This document shows positions 25,601 to 37,700 of a stretch of 64,000 bases of DNA, in pieces; position 1 is the first letter of the stretch, and each line of letters begins with the position of its first letter. This DNA comes from Marsupella aquatica. Lineage: Eukaryota; Plantae; Marchantiophyta. The notes beneath the pieces are model-generated. The model was not told where the DNA came from and searched no databases. It was given only the letters and a program-made list of their open reading frames with translations. The stretch covers positions 10,687,832 to 10,751,831 of the forward strand of contig OZ316897.1 of the NCBI GenBank assembly GCA_973895155.1, in the 5' to 3' direction. The translations under genes and the position numbers were made by a program.

Positions 25601-27309
25601 CTTGTTATTAATTTTCCGCGTGAGTATGCAGTGCATGGAGTGCTCGCTAGAATGTGGCGTGTATTGATTGGAATGCCACTTGAATTCTTAATGATTTTGC
25701 TTAGCATTGATTGGCCGGGGTGGCCGAGGCGTGCATGCCAGAGTGCGGGCAATTCACTTGTTTGAGCATTGTTATGCAGGCATTCAATATGAGTTACATA
25801 GAACCCGCAAGGATACGAGAAAAGTGTTTCTTTAATGATTTTCCCCGTAGGGGTATTTTCAACCAAGTGTATCACTTCCTGGTCTCTGGTATCGCTCGTC
25901 TGGACATGTAGTCCGTTCGCTTGTATATCTCTAAAACTGAGGAGATTACGGGTTGCGTTTGGGGCGAAAATAGCAGATTCTATGTGGATTGCTGTGCCCT
26001 ACGGGAGTCTAATGGAAGCTGGGCCGAAGCCCTCTTCTATTTGGCTAGGGCCATTGATAGTGGTTAGGGATCTACGTGAGGGTGTAATCTTGTGGAAAAG
26101 GTGCCTATCCCTGAGGATAGTATGCGTGGTTGCACTGTCAATAATACATGTGCTTGGACTATTTAAATCTGGTGTAGTGGAGCTACTTGCCACTAAGTGT
26201 GCCTCGGGTTGGTCGGGTAGGTCTGAAAAGTCTTGGAATGGGTCACTAGACTCCATAAACGCCCCGTGGGTTTCACGGGGTGGTGCCCTTGAGGTTTGTC
26301 CATCCTGGAGGAACCGTTGATATAGTTCTTTAAGATGTTGCGGGATTCTATAGTTTCTGGCTAGGTGGTTTATCATGCCACATGCATGGCATTTCGGGCG
26401 TTCCCATTGTTGTCGGGATTGTGACCAATCATTTCGGCAATCGTTGTTATATGTTCTACCGCCATTGCGTTCTCCGCGTCCGCCACGTCCTCCTCGTCCT
26501 CCTCGTTCTTCTCGTCCACCACGTCCTCCACGTCCTCGAAAGGTTCGTTGGGGGTTATATGGTGGACGTTGGTTATAGAAACTCCCCCTGTTGTGGGTGT
26601 TTCTACGGTTGCTATTCTTAGTGCGTTTAGTGCTTTGCCTCGATGTGGAGGGTTCAACATTTTCTATGTTGTGGGTTTCATTCTCTTGTCCTGAGGGCAG
26701 TGTGCCCGTAGGACGTTTTCTAGAGTTAACTAAAAGAAGTTCTTGGTTTCTCTCTGTGACTAGAAGGTGGGCTATGAGCTCGGAGTATTGCCCGAACTTC
26801 ATGTTTCGATACTGTGTGGATAGCCACACATTCGATGAATGAAATGTCGACAAGATCTTCTCTAGCAGATCCTTGTCTATGACCGGCTCTCCACATAGTG
26901 CGAGGGTTGAGGTTATTCTAAAGAGTTTGCTATTGTAGGCTGAGATTGAAGTAAAGTCCTGGACCCGCAGGTTGAGCCAGTCTTGCCTGGCTCTTGGTAA
27001 TTCGACCAGTTTCTGGTGGTCGAATCGGGTCTGGAGCGCTGTCCATAGTTCGCGAGGAGTTGAAAGGTGCATGTATTGTCTCTGGAGGAATCTATGGATA
27101 TGGCGTCTAAGGAATACAAGGGCCTTAGATTCGTTGGCTTTAGTTAACGGGTCTGGTTGGGGTTCGCCAACTAGTATAGGTTGAGCCATCCCTATAGCTG
27201 GGAGTAGGGTTAGCGAGGTAAGGTTCTCTCTGAGATTCATTGACCATTCCAGGTAGTTACTACCATCGATGTCTAGGGCTGGAAAGTTGAGTTTCTCGAG
27301 GTTGGTCAT
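22685..27309 (-). pseudogene. Copia gag-pol polyprotein, disrupted
   Basis: Gag, protease CIIDSATTH, integrase (WHARLGHPG, HADVCGP, RVDNAGEF, NGLAE), RT (YKARLV, LYGLKQSG, YVDD) and RNase H (YADA, IFEDNAAC, ADLFTK). In-frame TAG at 25999-26001, a 1-nt frameshift near 25105, and C-to-Y changes in the gag knuckle and the integrase HHCC motif. Confidence 0.93.
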
Positions 27310-29107
27310 CGGGGTGATGGCTTGATTCCTTTTAAGTGTGGTTGAGGTTTATATACTAGTAAGTATAGTAAGGAATGACAAAGCACATTTCTGCGGCATG
27401 CAAAGTGAAGCTGGGTGGAGAGAGCATGCAAATCCAAAATTCCTTTTTAGGGTTTGCGCTTATGGTTTAGGTTTTCTTTGGTATTTGGTTAACTGCAAAT
27501 TTTCCTTTGTAGGTGCTCTTTTCTTTGTTAAACTATGCAGTTATCCGGTTGTGCACTTAGGGTTGCAGTTATGGGTTGTATCTACTCGTGACTTGGTTAA
27601 GTGCACTTTCGGCTTTGTAAATCAAATCTCTTTGACGAATGTTGCAATTAACGAGGGTTTTGCGGTTATGTGCGGTTATGGAGCGTGCACTTAGCGTTTT
27701 TCGATCGGACTCGACATTTCCTCGATGTTTTGTGGTCTGATGTTGCGCTTTCCTGGTGTGCCTCCTCCCGCGACCTTCAGGTGTCATTTCCACCCGGGGT
27801 CTCTATTCTCAGTTGCTTCAACTTGTGACTCTCTTCTTTCGGGCCTCTTTTTCCAATCTCTTATCGCAGTCGTGAGTATCTCGAATGCTGCTACTTTCCT
27901 ATCTCTCTCGATTCTCCTCCAATGAGTCCGGATCGGTGTCCTTATGAATTCTCGTCTCTCACTTTTCCTGCTTCGCTGCTCTTGTGGATTCTCTCAATTG
28001 TTCCGCTCAGCCTGTCTTTATGGGGTCGCGAAGCTGCCTGCTTTCTTTGATCCTTATGAGATTATCGATGTCTTCTTCTTCTCTTCTGTTCTCATCGTCA
28101 TTAATTCTCCTCTCGATTGCTCATTTCGCCATGTCTATTTGTCATGTCCTGCGCTCCGTTGGTTGGGATCTCAGTCGATCCTCTGTTGGCGTCTTTCATT
28201 CATCCTCGAATACATCTGGTCTTACACTCCAGATCCTGGGTAGCTCCTGCTCTCTTAAATGCTGTAATACTCGCTCGCTCTTAATCTTCCTTCTGCTGTG
28301 TGCGATCTTAAGTCCGTCTCTCCATTTCTGCCTTCAGTTTTCGACTTGCAATTCCGGGGGGCTGCCGTTTATGTCTAGGCTCTGCTCTTCTGCCTCCTTA
28401 AGTGATCTTCGATGTCCTTATGAGATCGTTCCGTCATGGCTTGGCCTTGAAATCATGGTAATTTCAGATTGCGCCTCAATCTCTCTTTCGCCTCTACTGC
28501 TTCTGTTGTACAGCCAGAGATTCTTGGAGAGATTTCTCTTTGCTTTCGACCTTTTGCTGCCTTATGGTGGGCGATCCCTCGCTGCGGCTTGCTCCTTCAT
28601 TCAAGATCTCCTTCGCGCTTCTCTTATGCTCTTTTCGCTCCTTTCCTTTTTTCGATCACTTTTCGGGGTCTACTCGTGTCGTCTCGCTTCTGCCTTCTTT
28701 CTGGCCTCTCGGAATTTTCTTTCGGACAACATCGGGCATTCATCACCCCCTATCCTTTCGATTTTCGAAAAAAAGATAAATCTTATGGCCTACACGATGT
28801 TCCTTATGATTCGTCCATAAGTTATAAAGTCCATTCTCCTTTCAATCTTTTCTCTGTTTCGTTTCTGCTCGCGAGTCTCGATGTCCCTATTATCTCCTCG
28901 CACAAGGCATGGATCGTAGAAGGCCTTTTCTCGCTGTGCCTATGATAGATGGTCTATAGCTGCGGTTGCTGACGAAGAAAAGGAAATCAAATGAAATCCA
29001 CACTTCATTCGATCGCCATCATCACTTGTGACATTTCTTTGACATCCCGAGATACAATCTTCCATGGTCTATTCTCTCCTTTCTTCTTGGCTCCGCTGGC
29101 TGAGTCC

Positions 29108-29121
29108 TCGTGCTGATAACG
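29108..29121 (-). other. Primer-binding site complementary to the anticodon arm of tRNA-Ile (half-tRNA priming)
   Basis: The + strand reads TCGTGCTGATAACG immediately inside the 5' LTR. This resembles the recalled plant tRNA-Ile(AAT) segment TCGTGCTAATAACG with G at the wobble position. Confidence 0.7.
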
Positions 29122-29230
29122 TGTTGGAGTTGAATGAGAATGAATATCTGAATAGCCATGAGTGGTGGTACATATAGTCATGTCTGGTGACCGGCTGGTC
29201 CGGTCATCCGGCTAGAGGTAGAGTCTAACA
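29122..29230 (-). repeat. 5' LTR (109 bp) of the Bianca-like Copia
   Basis: TGTTGG...CTAACA followed by TSD AGCAC at 29231-29235. Confidence 0.95.
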
Positions 29231-32200
29231 AGCACATGATTTTGCGCAGAAGTTATTTATCATTGAAAATGGGTGTATGTACTTGTTGGAAGGGTAACTA
29301 TGGGAAGGAGGGGTATTGCAGTTTATTTGCAGAAGTTGCATGGATTATCTCCCCAAGCACTACAGTAGAGTGAGTGGGAGAGGATGCATTGTACTGTAGG
29401 TCAATGTAGGTCAATTGTTCACCCAGGCGATGAAAGTACAATGACCTATTAATTAGGCGCAGACCTTTTTTCAATAGGAGCAGGTGTGGTTTAAAGTGGG
29501 TCGTTTGATGAGAAGTGAGTGGGAGTCTTGTAGAGCATGAAGGTCAGCTGTTCACAGCAAATGGAGAACTATTCGGGGCAGGGCCCTGCTATAGTGGCAG
29601 AGCTGTGGTCTGAAGTCCTGAGGAAGTAAAGTACTGTCATGACGCGTCAAGTCTTTATGCTTTCTGGACAGACCGTGTCTCCTGGTTGGGCACTCTTTGT
29701 ATAATGGCAGTGCTTTATATATTTTTGTTTGGTTGGGCGCTCTTTGTAACTATGTTGTATGTTGGCAGTGCTTAATATATTTTTGTTTGCCCTAAAATGA
29801 AGGATTCTGGATTATTTATGTTCTGGCCTGGTTGATCATTCTTCAAATCAACCACAACTAGGAGAACAAGATCCAGCAGTTTTCATCATCCAAGGCCGTA
29901 AGAGGTCTCCCGGTTTAACTCTCCAAGTTCAAATGAACATGTTTTCTATGCTTTGTATCAATGTGTCAACTAAAGCTACTAGCTGGACCAATCAGCATCT
30001 AGCACTCCATTTATTAGATCCAAAACATTTATTTGAAGTATCCAATACTCAGCTAAACGTAAGAACCAAGTCTAATCAGCCAAGAACTTGCTGATACTAG
30101 CACTTCCCTAGAGTGTTGTAGTCTTCAATGCCATTGGCTCCCACAACACAGCCAACAGACTGACTGAAAAGACTACAGTAGTTGCACTTTTATGGACCCT
30201 TGTTTGTACATTGATTGGTACATTCCTCAAAATTAAAGTAAGCCTAACATACAATTGGCTCAAAAGAAGCAACCAAACAGCCTGAGCATCGCAACTCAGC
30301 ATACACTACTTCAGCGTGGCGACACTTGTGGTAGTTGTAGAATTATTATTTTTTAAATTAAGGAAATGTAACCAGGAATCTATCCGTGCAAGCTAATTGT
30401 GCAACTTGTTGAATGATAGGCTAGTAGCTACTCCTTTAAAAAATAACATACTCTCATGCAGAGAATCAGATTAAATCAGATTCTGAAAATATATAACACA
30501 GTTCCAAAGGTCAAGTTTAAACGCCAAAACCAGAGACAGGATACTAAAGGCAAAAAAAAAACCAAAAAAAGTGCAAGAGAGGGGAAAAGGACCCCAAGAA
30601 GACCAAAGAGGGTCAGGGAGGCACCTCAAATCCAAACAAAGAACAAAAATTAAGCCCACTAAGTTCCCCAGTAGACTAAAGGAAATAATTTCCTAATGTA
30701 GAAAATTCTTATTAACAGGCTTGCCGAAGAATATAAAGTAATACCTAGTAAGATATACTACCACACCGCTAAAAAGCAACATTTGCCCTTTGATCCACTA
30801 CATTCATTTTGGGTAATATGTACTAGTAGTTTTCCAGCTATTTGTTTATAGAATTGTAGATAAAGTGCAGGAAAGTGATCTTATGATTATGAAAATAATC
30901 TGAAAATTATGAAGCTGTTATATGGTGAATCCACTTTTCATAATTTGTCTTATTCAGATGTTGTGTCCCGTATTTTGATATTAATGTGCCTTAACAAGGC
31001 GAATCAATTGTATTAATTTGATTTTGAATTAACTTCTGGACCCATTTTAATTTTAGTAAACTTAGAGTATTTTGAATGTATTTGGTTCCCCTCATAAATA
31101 TTTAATATGTCATTTTCAATCACTATTTAGTGAATTCTCTTTTTTCTAGATATGAACTTGAACAACCTTTACATTTGTTGTACTAAGTTCCCTTCATAGT
31201 TTCTTTTATAAAAGTTATAGTTTTAATTGAATTGATTATCATTACTTAGAAGCAAGTGAAAATATGTATTGTGTGTATAACTCTTTAGTACTTTTATACT
31301 TTCTTGGTCATAATGTATTTTTCTTTGCATGCATACTTATTGTTTTGTGTGTTATGTCAATCACTCATATTAATTTATTGACATGTATTTTATATGTATT
31401 TCTTTTATCATAAAATAAATTAAATTAAATACGTATCACTACAAAAAAAGAAAAACCAGTGCTATATGATCAAGACTAAGGGGCAGGAAGTGCTATATGG
31501 GTTCAATCCCCTAAAAACGTCCTTTAGAAAATAAACTTCCCCAAAATAGCCTAATTTCTACATTCTTGTTGCCGGCGATACGCTATGGGGCATTGTCAGG
31601 TCGTCTTCACTTCAGTTGAATTTGTTCAGCCAAAAACACTTTTTCATTGTTGATAAGACAGTACAGCTAACACAAGTGGCAATGAGATCCAAGGAAAGGC
31701 TATTGTGTCATCAACACATATTCTCACTTCATAAAGGAGGCACGTGAAACAAGTTATCCAAGTCTTTCTCCATGCAATTTGGACTCACATGTCATGACCA
31801 AGTCTCCTACTGTAAGTGTGACTTCACATGAGGGTCATGATCTGTCACTTCCAAGATTTTACTTTTAAATTCCGCTACAACCCTTCATTTCAAGTGATTG
31901 GGCATGTTTGGCTGGGGGTTTGGCTGAACATTAGATAGAGGGTGGCTGAGGGGCACTTATGAATATTTTGTTCAAAGACCAAAAAGGAAGCAAGGCCACT
32001 GATTGTTCGAAGACCAGAAATCTATGTAAAATGTACCAAATCCCTTGACTGAAATAGCCCAAGTTTGGAAATGACTGACCTAACCCTAGCCCTAAACCTA
32101 AAACCCTAAACAAAATAAGCACTCCACAATCATGAACATTTCTTTGGGCCCAATGCTTGCCATGCAGGATTGAAACCATAATTATCAAATGTAGACCTCC

Positions 32201-33272
32201 CAGGAGTCAGTTTATTTGCCTTGCGGTCCTGATCTAGTAGTTCAATGTGACTCGTGAATGCAGACTTTACCCACTAATTGAACACCAAAGGTTGGATCCC
32301 TGTATTCTTGTGGTAGTTTCCTCCTTAGAATTCATTTGGCTCAATGCCTTCTTTTTGCCATTTAAGTAAAAAGTATCTTAAATTTCTCCCATCCTCCTCT
32401 CTTAATGAAAACTTTAAAGCTTGGAATGCTTACACATGTCTTTCAAATAGCTATAGCCTAGCCTTGCCATATTACTTCAAGCACTAAGAAGATAGTCATG
32501 AATGTGTGCGCATCATTCCTTTGTTTTATGGCTATGTCTACTGTAAGAAATCAATTTTTGATATCAGTCAGTGCTTGGGGTTTTCCTGCCACAAAAGCTT
32601 ATAGAATTGGAATATTCTTTGATTGAAATGACCCTAATGTTCTTATAAGTCTCAAAATTGAATTTAAAAGACTCTATTGTTCTTTTGCAAAAACTCTTGT
32701 CTTCCCTTAGAACCAATAAAATGGGCATAAAAGGACCCTATCCTTTGTCGCACATAATGTTCCATTTTTGTGGAAGTGAAACCCCCAAGGGCTTGGCTAA
32801 GAAGAGGTTGAGATCTCATGGTTTAGACCTTTTGCCCACCCAATGTATGTTTTTGGTAAGCAAATGTATCCATCTATAAGGATTGAGTGGCAATAAGCCT
32901 AGGGTGTGTATCAGAGTTTTTGGCAAATTGAACCCCAAAGCCTCTAAGAAGAATTAATCCGTGGATCCCCATGTTATTTTAGAGACAGTTATCTAGAAAG
33001 CCTAGATGGACCTGCAAATCTTAAGAAAAAAAATTCAAAAATGGACAAGTCAATGTTTGACACTTGAAACAATTGTTAAACTTACCAAGACAACCATAAT
33101 TAACATCAATCACAAAACAAGCTCCAATGTGAATTACTGTTTAATGTGTGGGCAGCTTAATTGCCCACTTCAGCAAAATGGTGATCGATTTCCTTCACGT
33201 TATCGAAGGGATGCTGGATGCATTCAGGTTGCATCGAAAGTAATCACTTTTCAATTCCTACATGCAGATAGA

Positions 33273-33605
33273 TGTTAAGGATTGCTCTTAGTCTTGTGAC
33301 TCATAGGTTACGGCACTTAGGCTAACCACAGTTAGGATCTTAGCTGAGGTTAGGTTAGTCATGTGTGACCTTGTATATACCAGGGCTAGTGTAAGCCGCT
33401 GGTGTGTGATGCTTACTGATGGTAACGGAGCAACTTGAGGAAGTGGGAGAGCATGTGTGTTCGTTTACTCTTGAAGTAAAAGCTTGAGTGTTCATGTGGA
33501 CGTAGCCTTGGAGAAGAGGTGAACCACGTAGAGATTGTGTCGACTACGTGTGCATGGAATGAATCATGGTTGTATGGTCGTTGCGAATGACGTCTTAGTT
33601 CAACA
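33273..33605 (+). repeat. 5' LTR (333 bp)
   Basis: TGTTAAGG...TTCAACA preceded by ATAGA and followed by the PBS. Confidence 0.95.
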
Positions 33606-34287
33606 ATTGGTATCAGAGCAAGCCTGGGAGGTGACGTTGAGGTGATCAAAATTTTCGTGACGTGTTGGTGATGGTTTTTCCAGCGGTTAGAGTTGGTAGA
33701 TTTCACGAAGATCTATCGCATGGAACTTGAAGGTGTTGGGCTCAACGGATAGATCGGGGCAAGGACTTTCCGACGGTGCAAAGAAATCTCTGAACGGAGT
33801 TCGTGGTGCGGAGGAATTCACCCCTGGGCCCTCACTCTTAGTATATTAAGTGAACCCCCCTGAGAACAGACCCCCCCTTGTACCCCTTCTTAATATTTTT
33901 TTCTTCATTAAAATATCTCTTGTTAATATAAAAATATTAATTTTTACTATTAAATTTGACCCTTGAGTAACTTATAAAAGAGGTTTCCAAATAATTGAAA
34001 ACACCCTTGACTTTTTAAAAGTATGAATGCTATATAAACATGCAAACGATTCAGAATCATAAATATAGATTATGCATATTGATATTGTTTTGCATCAAAA
34101 ACTTGATCTTACACAGGCTACACCTTTTATATAGGTAAACAAAACTAGTACCAGATAATAATATATCAGGTTACTTATAGACATCATGCCGAAAGGTGAA
34201 CTAAACTAATACTACATCTAAGAAAGTGAATATGATGCTCTAGTACCCTAGAGGAACAATTGCATATACACTCATGCTAAATTCTTC

Positions 34288-34386
34288 CATCCTGAGCTAA
34301 CCAACCAGGTAATGCCTTCATCCTGAGCTAACCAACCAGGTAATGCCTTCATCCTGACCTATCCAAACCAGGTAATGCCTTCATCC
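34288..34386. repeat. 31-bp tandem repeat x3
   Basis: CATCCTGAGCTAACCAACCAGGTAATGCCTT at 34288, 34319 and 34350 (third copy degenerate). No spacers. Confidence 0.9.
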
Positions 34387-34712
34387 TTCACACCAAATGA
34401 TCAGCAAAGTTCTTGGCAATTTCTTCTGAACCTGATTTATCAAACCACACATTAATAATTGATTCTAGACAATACTCATAACACAAGGAAATCAATACTG
34501 AGAAATATGGGAGTAATACCATAACATCTTCTTTGACTGAAATTGTTACTTAGACATGGTGGATAATTTCCCTGTCAACTCTGTGATCCAACAAGGATTG
34601 AAATATCAGAGGCAGGATCAAAATCTCATTCAAAAGCCTTTCATAGCAATCAGAAACTTAAAAGATACATGCATAAACATTGAAAATTGCTTACCCTGTT
34701 ACATATATAAGA

Positions 34713-37700
34713 TTACTGAATTTTGTTTTTGGCAAAATTATCAAGAGAAACTGCATCATCTGGATGCAATTGAAAAACTCCTGGGCATAGTGGATCCACT
34801 GTCAAGTGGACTGTTGATATGACACAGTCCAAATCGATAAATTGTGGATCACACACATTGTAGGCAAATTTATGCCTACTAGTTCCAATTGGAGAAAACC
34901 ATTGGAACATAATTTTACATGCCTCCTCACCACCAGGCCTATCAAGCAAATCCAATTCACCTCTTGCTCTGTCCTGTTTCCCACCATATTTTTTGTGTAT
35001 ACTTTGTATTCTGCCTATCCACCACATATATTTTGGTGTTGTAGTTGAATACATTGCCACAGCTGCACCTCTTGGCCTCTTCGGATTTGGAACAAAATCA
35101 TCTGATCTGCTGCTTCCTCTCTTTCTTTGTCCTTTTCCTCTCAATGTTCGTGAAATTGCTTCTGAACTTCTAGTTTCATGAGCACTGTATGTATCATCCA
35201 AGAATAGTACTCCACAATCTGAACCTACTGTTACAAACATTGTTTGAACACCTGCCCTAACATTGGGTTTGTCCACTAAATTATTGAAGTAATGATTTTG
35301 CTTTATCCGAGTCAATCTGTCTTTGCTGAGGAGAGGGTTGTGGGTCAGTTGGCTGACCAAAGTACTTTTGTAAATGGACCGATTTTGGTATTCAACGGTT
35401 GGCTTCACATCTTGTGTTGCTGCTCCATATATCAAGTCAGAATGCATGATCCCCATGGTGGCCTCCATTTGAGCAGCAACTCCCTCTACATCTGGGTCTG
35501 CATATATCAAAAGTTGTTCTGTTGGGACAGGTAACTCAGAGTCCTCAGGCTCTACAACTTCTGTTGAAGTAGATGAGGATGCAGGCTCATGAGAGGTTGT
35601 TTCACCTTCCTCAGATTCCTCCACATCTGCCCCTCCATCTACTAATGTATCAACATTCACATCACACCAACTACCAAACTTGACCCCTTTAGCCTCCATC
35701 TTCCATGGGGAATTCCACCACACCTTGTCTTTGCAAGATGTGGAAGGGTTCATTTGTAATTCAGTGCATGCATTTTGGGCAAGCTGAAAACCTTCTTGCA
35801 GTGCAATCACTATTTCTCCATTGGTTTCAATCCCTATATAGTCCATTTGATCTGCTACAGTAGGAATTCCTGCTGGGATTGTAGTGAGCTTCATCCAAAT
35901 GTTTTCATGTTTCTTGTGACTCTTCCCTACACCCATCATTCCTTCTGCCAGATCCATTGCAGCCAATCGATTTCAATTGGTAGCACATTCTACTAACTCA
36001 GCCAAGTCATAACTTCGTTCATGACCATTCATACCTCCTACAGCAGAAAAAAACTGCTCACAAGCATCTGACCCAGTCAAATGCAATGGCACTGGAAGAT
36101 GTCGAAAATTGTCTCTGAATTGGATTACCAACAGGACCACAAAATGAACTGACATCTGAATGTCAAGGAAACTTTGCATGGGAATGCAATTTTTTGTGAA
36201 ACTGATTGGTTGTGTATTCCCTCCCACTGAATGGTTTCCATGAAAGCACCATTGACGCCATAGTCTAAAGAAGAACCCCACCTTCCCACAATGGACAATC
36301 CTCTGTCGCAAATTCAGACTAGTATTCAGAAATATGTCAATGTAGTCTGCACATATCCTAGTGTAAACTTCTGTCCCAAGAGTCTGTTCAACTCTTGCAT
36401 CACCACGTTGGCGAAGCATCCGTAAGGAGGACTGTACTTTGCGACTACAGAGTCGTTGTGCACTAGCCCAATTTTGTCTGTCTTTCCTTGACTTGTCCTC
36501 TTCATTCAAGCCATGATCACTGTTCAGGTACACTTTGTAACAGGATATGATGTGACTCAGGTTTGCCATTTCCGCTCCTAATTTCAAAATACGAGAAGTA
36601 GAATCCAATGGGTTCACTAACTTCTTCCCATTATGAATAAAATCTTGATCATGCAATCCATATGCATGGATCAATGGTCCAGTAGTGGTCATAGAGTGGG
36701 TCAATTTCCAAGCTTCCCACCTTAGGTCCTGCCTTGGCCCTGGTATTCCACTTCCAGAGTAGTCTTCCAACATAAGCTTTCTCCTTCGTGCATCCCCATC
36801 GCTTGCATGACCCAATAATGGCCCCACACACTCTAGGCAATGAGTTGTCCACAGTGAGGCTAGGTTGTTCCATTGTCGCCTGACCCATGGAGCATCAAAC
36901 TTGTTACAGGTGCCCATCCCTAGTATGCACAATCGAGGGAATCCAGCAACAAGGGCATTTACTATCAAACACCTTGCCTGGTGAGCTATAACATAATTGT
37001 CAAATGCATCTGCAATGTTGTTGAAGCCAACTTCTCCTTCCCCCACTATGATCTCCAAGCCAACACTGCACTCATGATCCTTTTTTGTCCCACAAAATCC
37101 AAGAAGAGTATCATGTTTTGGCAGCCATCTGCAACCAATAGCAGGTGGTTTCTTCATTAGTTCTTGTTCAATATTTTTGTGTAGCACAAAAATACATACT
37201 GAAGGAAAAGAATGACTAGAGCAAGAGGAGGCAGTGAATAGTCACCTCACAGTCCTCTTCACACAAGTCTCGTCCTCTGCCAAAAAGCATGGAATGGGTC
37301 CATGTATATTTAATCGAGCCTTCAATTTGGAAAATACTTCCGCAATAAACTGAAATTGCTCTACATGAATTCCAGCACGAAACACTACCATGCCTCTCTT
37401 ATCCCTTTGAAGGGTGTTGAGAGTGGGACCAATTCCATTGGTTGCAAGACAATCAACTACACGTCTTCCGCCATGTAAAAACAGTGTTTGGCAAAAAAGT
37501 TTTGTTCCAGGCCTAAAACGATATCCTGTCTTCTCCCTATTGATGTTCTGTGCTATGTCTGATAACATATCCCACAGAGCTCCTCTCCCACCAAAGGCAC
37601 CTCGTTTGTGTGCCAATATTATTGAATGACAGAATTTCAATACAGTTGCTTTGTTTGGTTCCTCATAGTGAAGACACACTTCACTAATGCTGGGGACCAG

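Larger units (their letters stand above)
22223..29230 (-). mobile_element. Full-length Ty1/copia LTR retrotransposon, Bianca-like
   Basis: TG..CA LTRs at 22223-22331 and 29122-29230, TSD AGCAC, PPT (minus AAAGGGGAG) next to 22332, PBS CGTTATCAGCACGA. Gag starts MTNLEKLNFPALDIDGSNYLEW, which is Bianca-like. Domain order PR-IN-RT-RH. Confidence 0.95.

Noticed and set aside
27984-28945. 278-aa and 158-aa plus-strand hydrophobic ORFs as genes (env-like)
   Set aside because: Non-ATG starts, and the S/L/F bias is what the antisense of a purine-rich strand produces. Treated as a shadow of the decayed minus-strand ORF.
31437-31465. CACTACAAAAAAA as a CACTA terminus
   Set aside because: No matching opposite TIR, TSD or subterminal repeats found in the window.
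32081-32111. Telomere-like AACCCTA repeats
   Set aside because: Only 3-4 degenerate units; insufficient for an interstitial telomere call.
33413-33706. Duplicated ORF also seen at 49997-50281
   Set aside because: Simply the antisense reading of the two LTRs.
34288-34386. 31-bp repeats as a CRISPR array
   Set aside because: Head-to-tail with no unique spacers, in a eukaryotic context with no cas genes.
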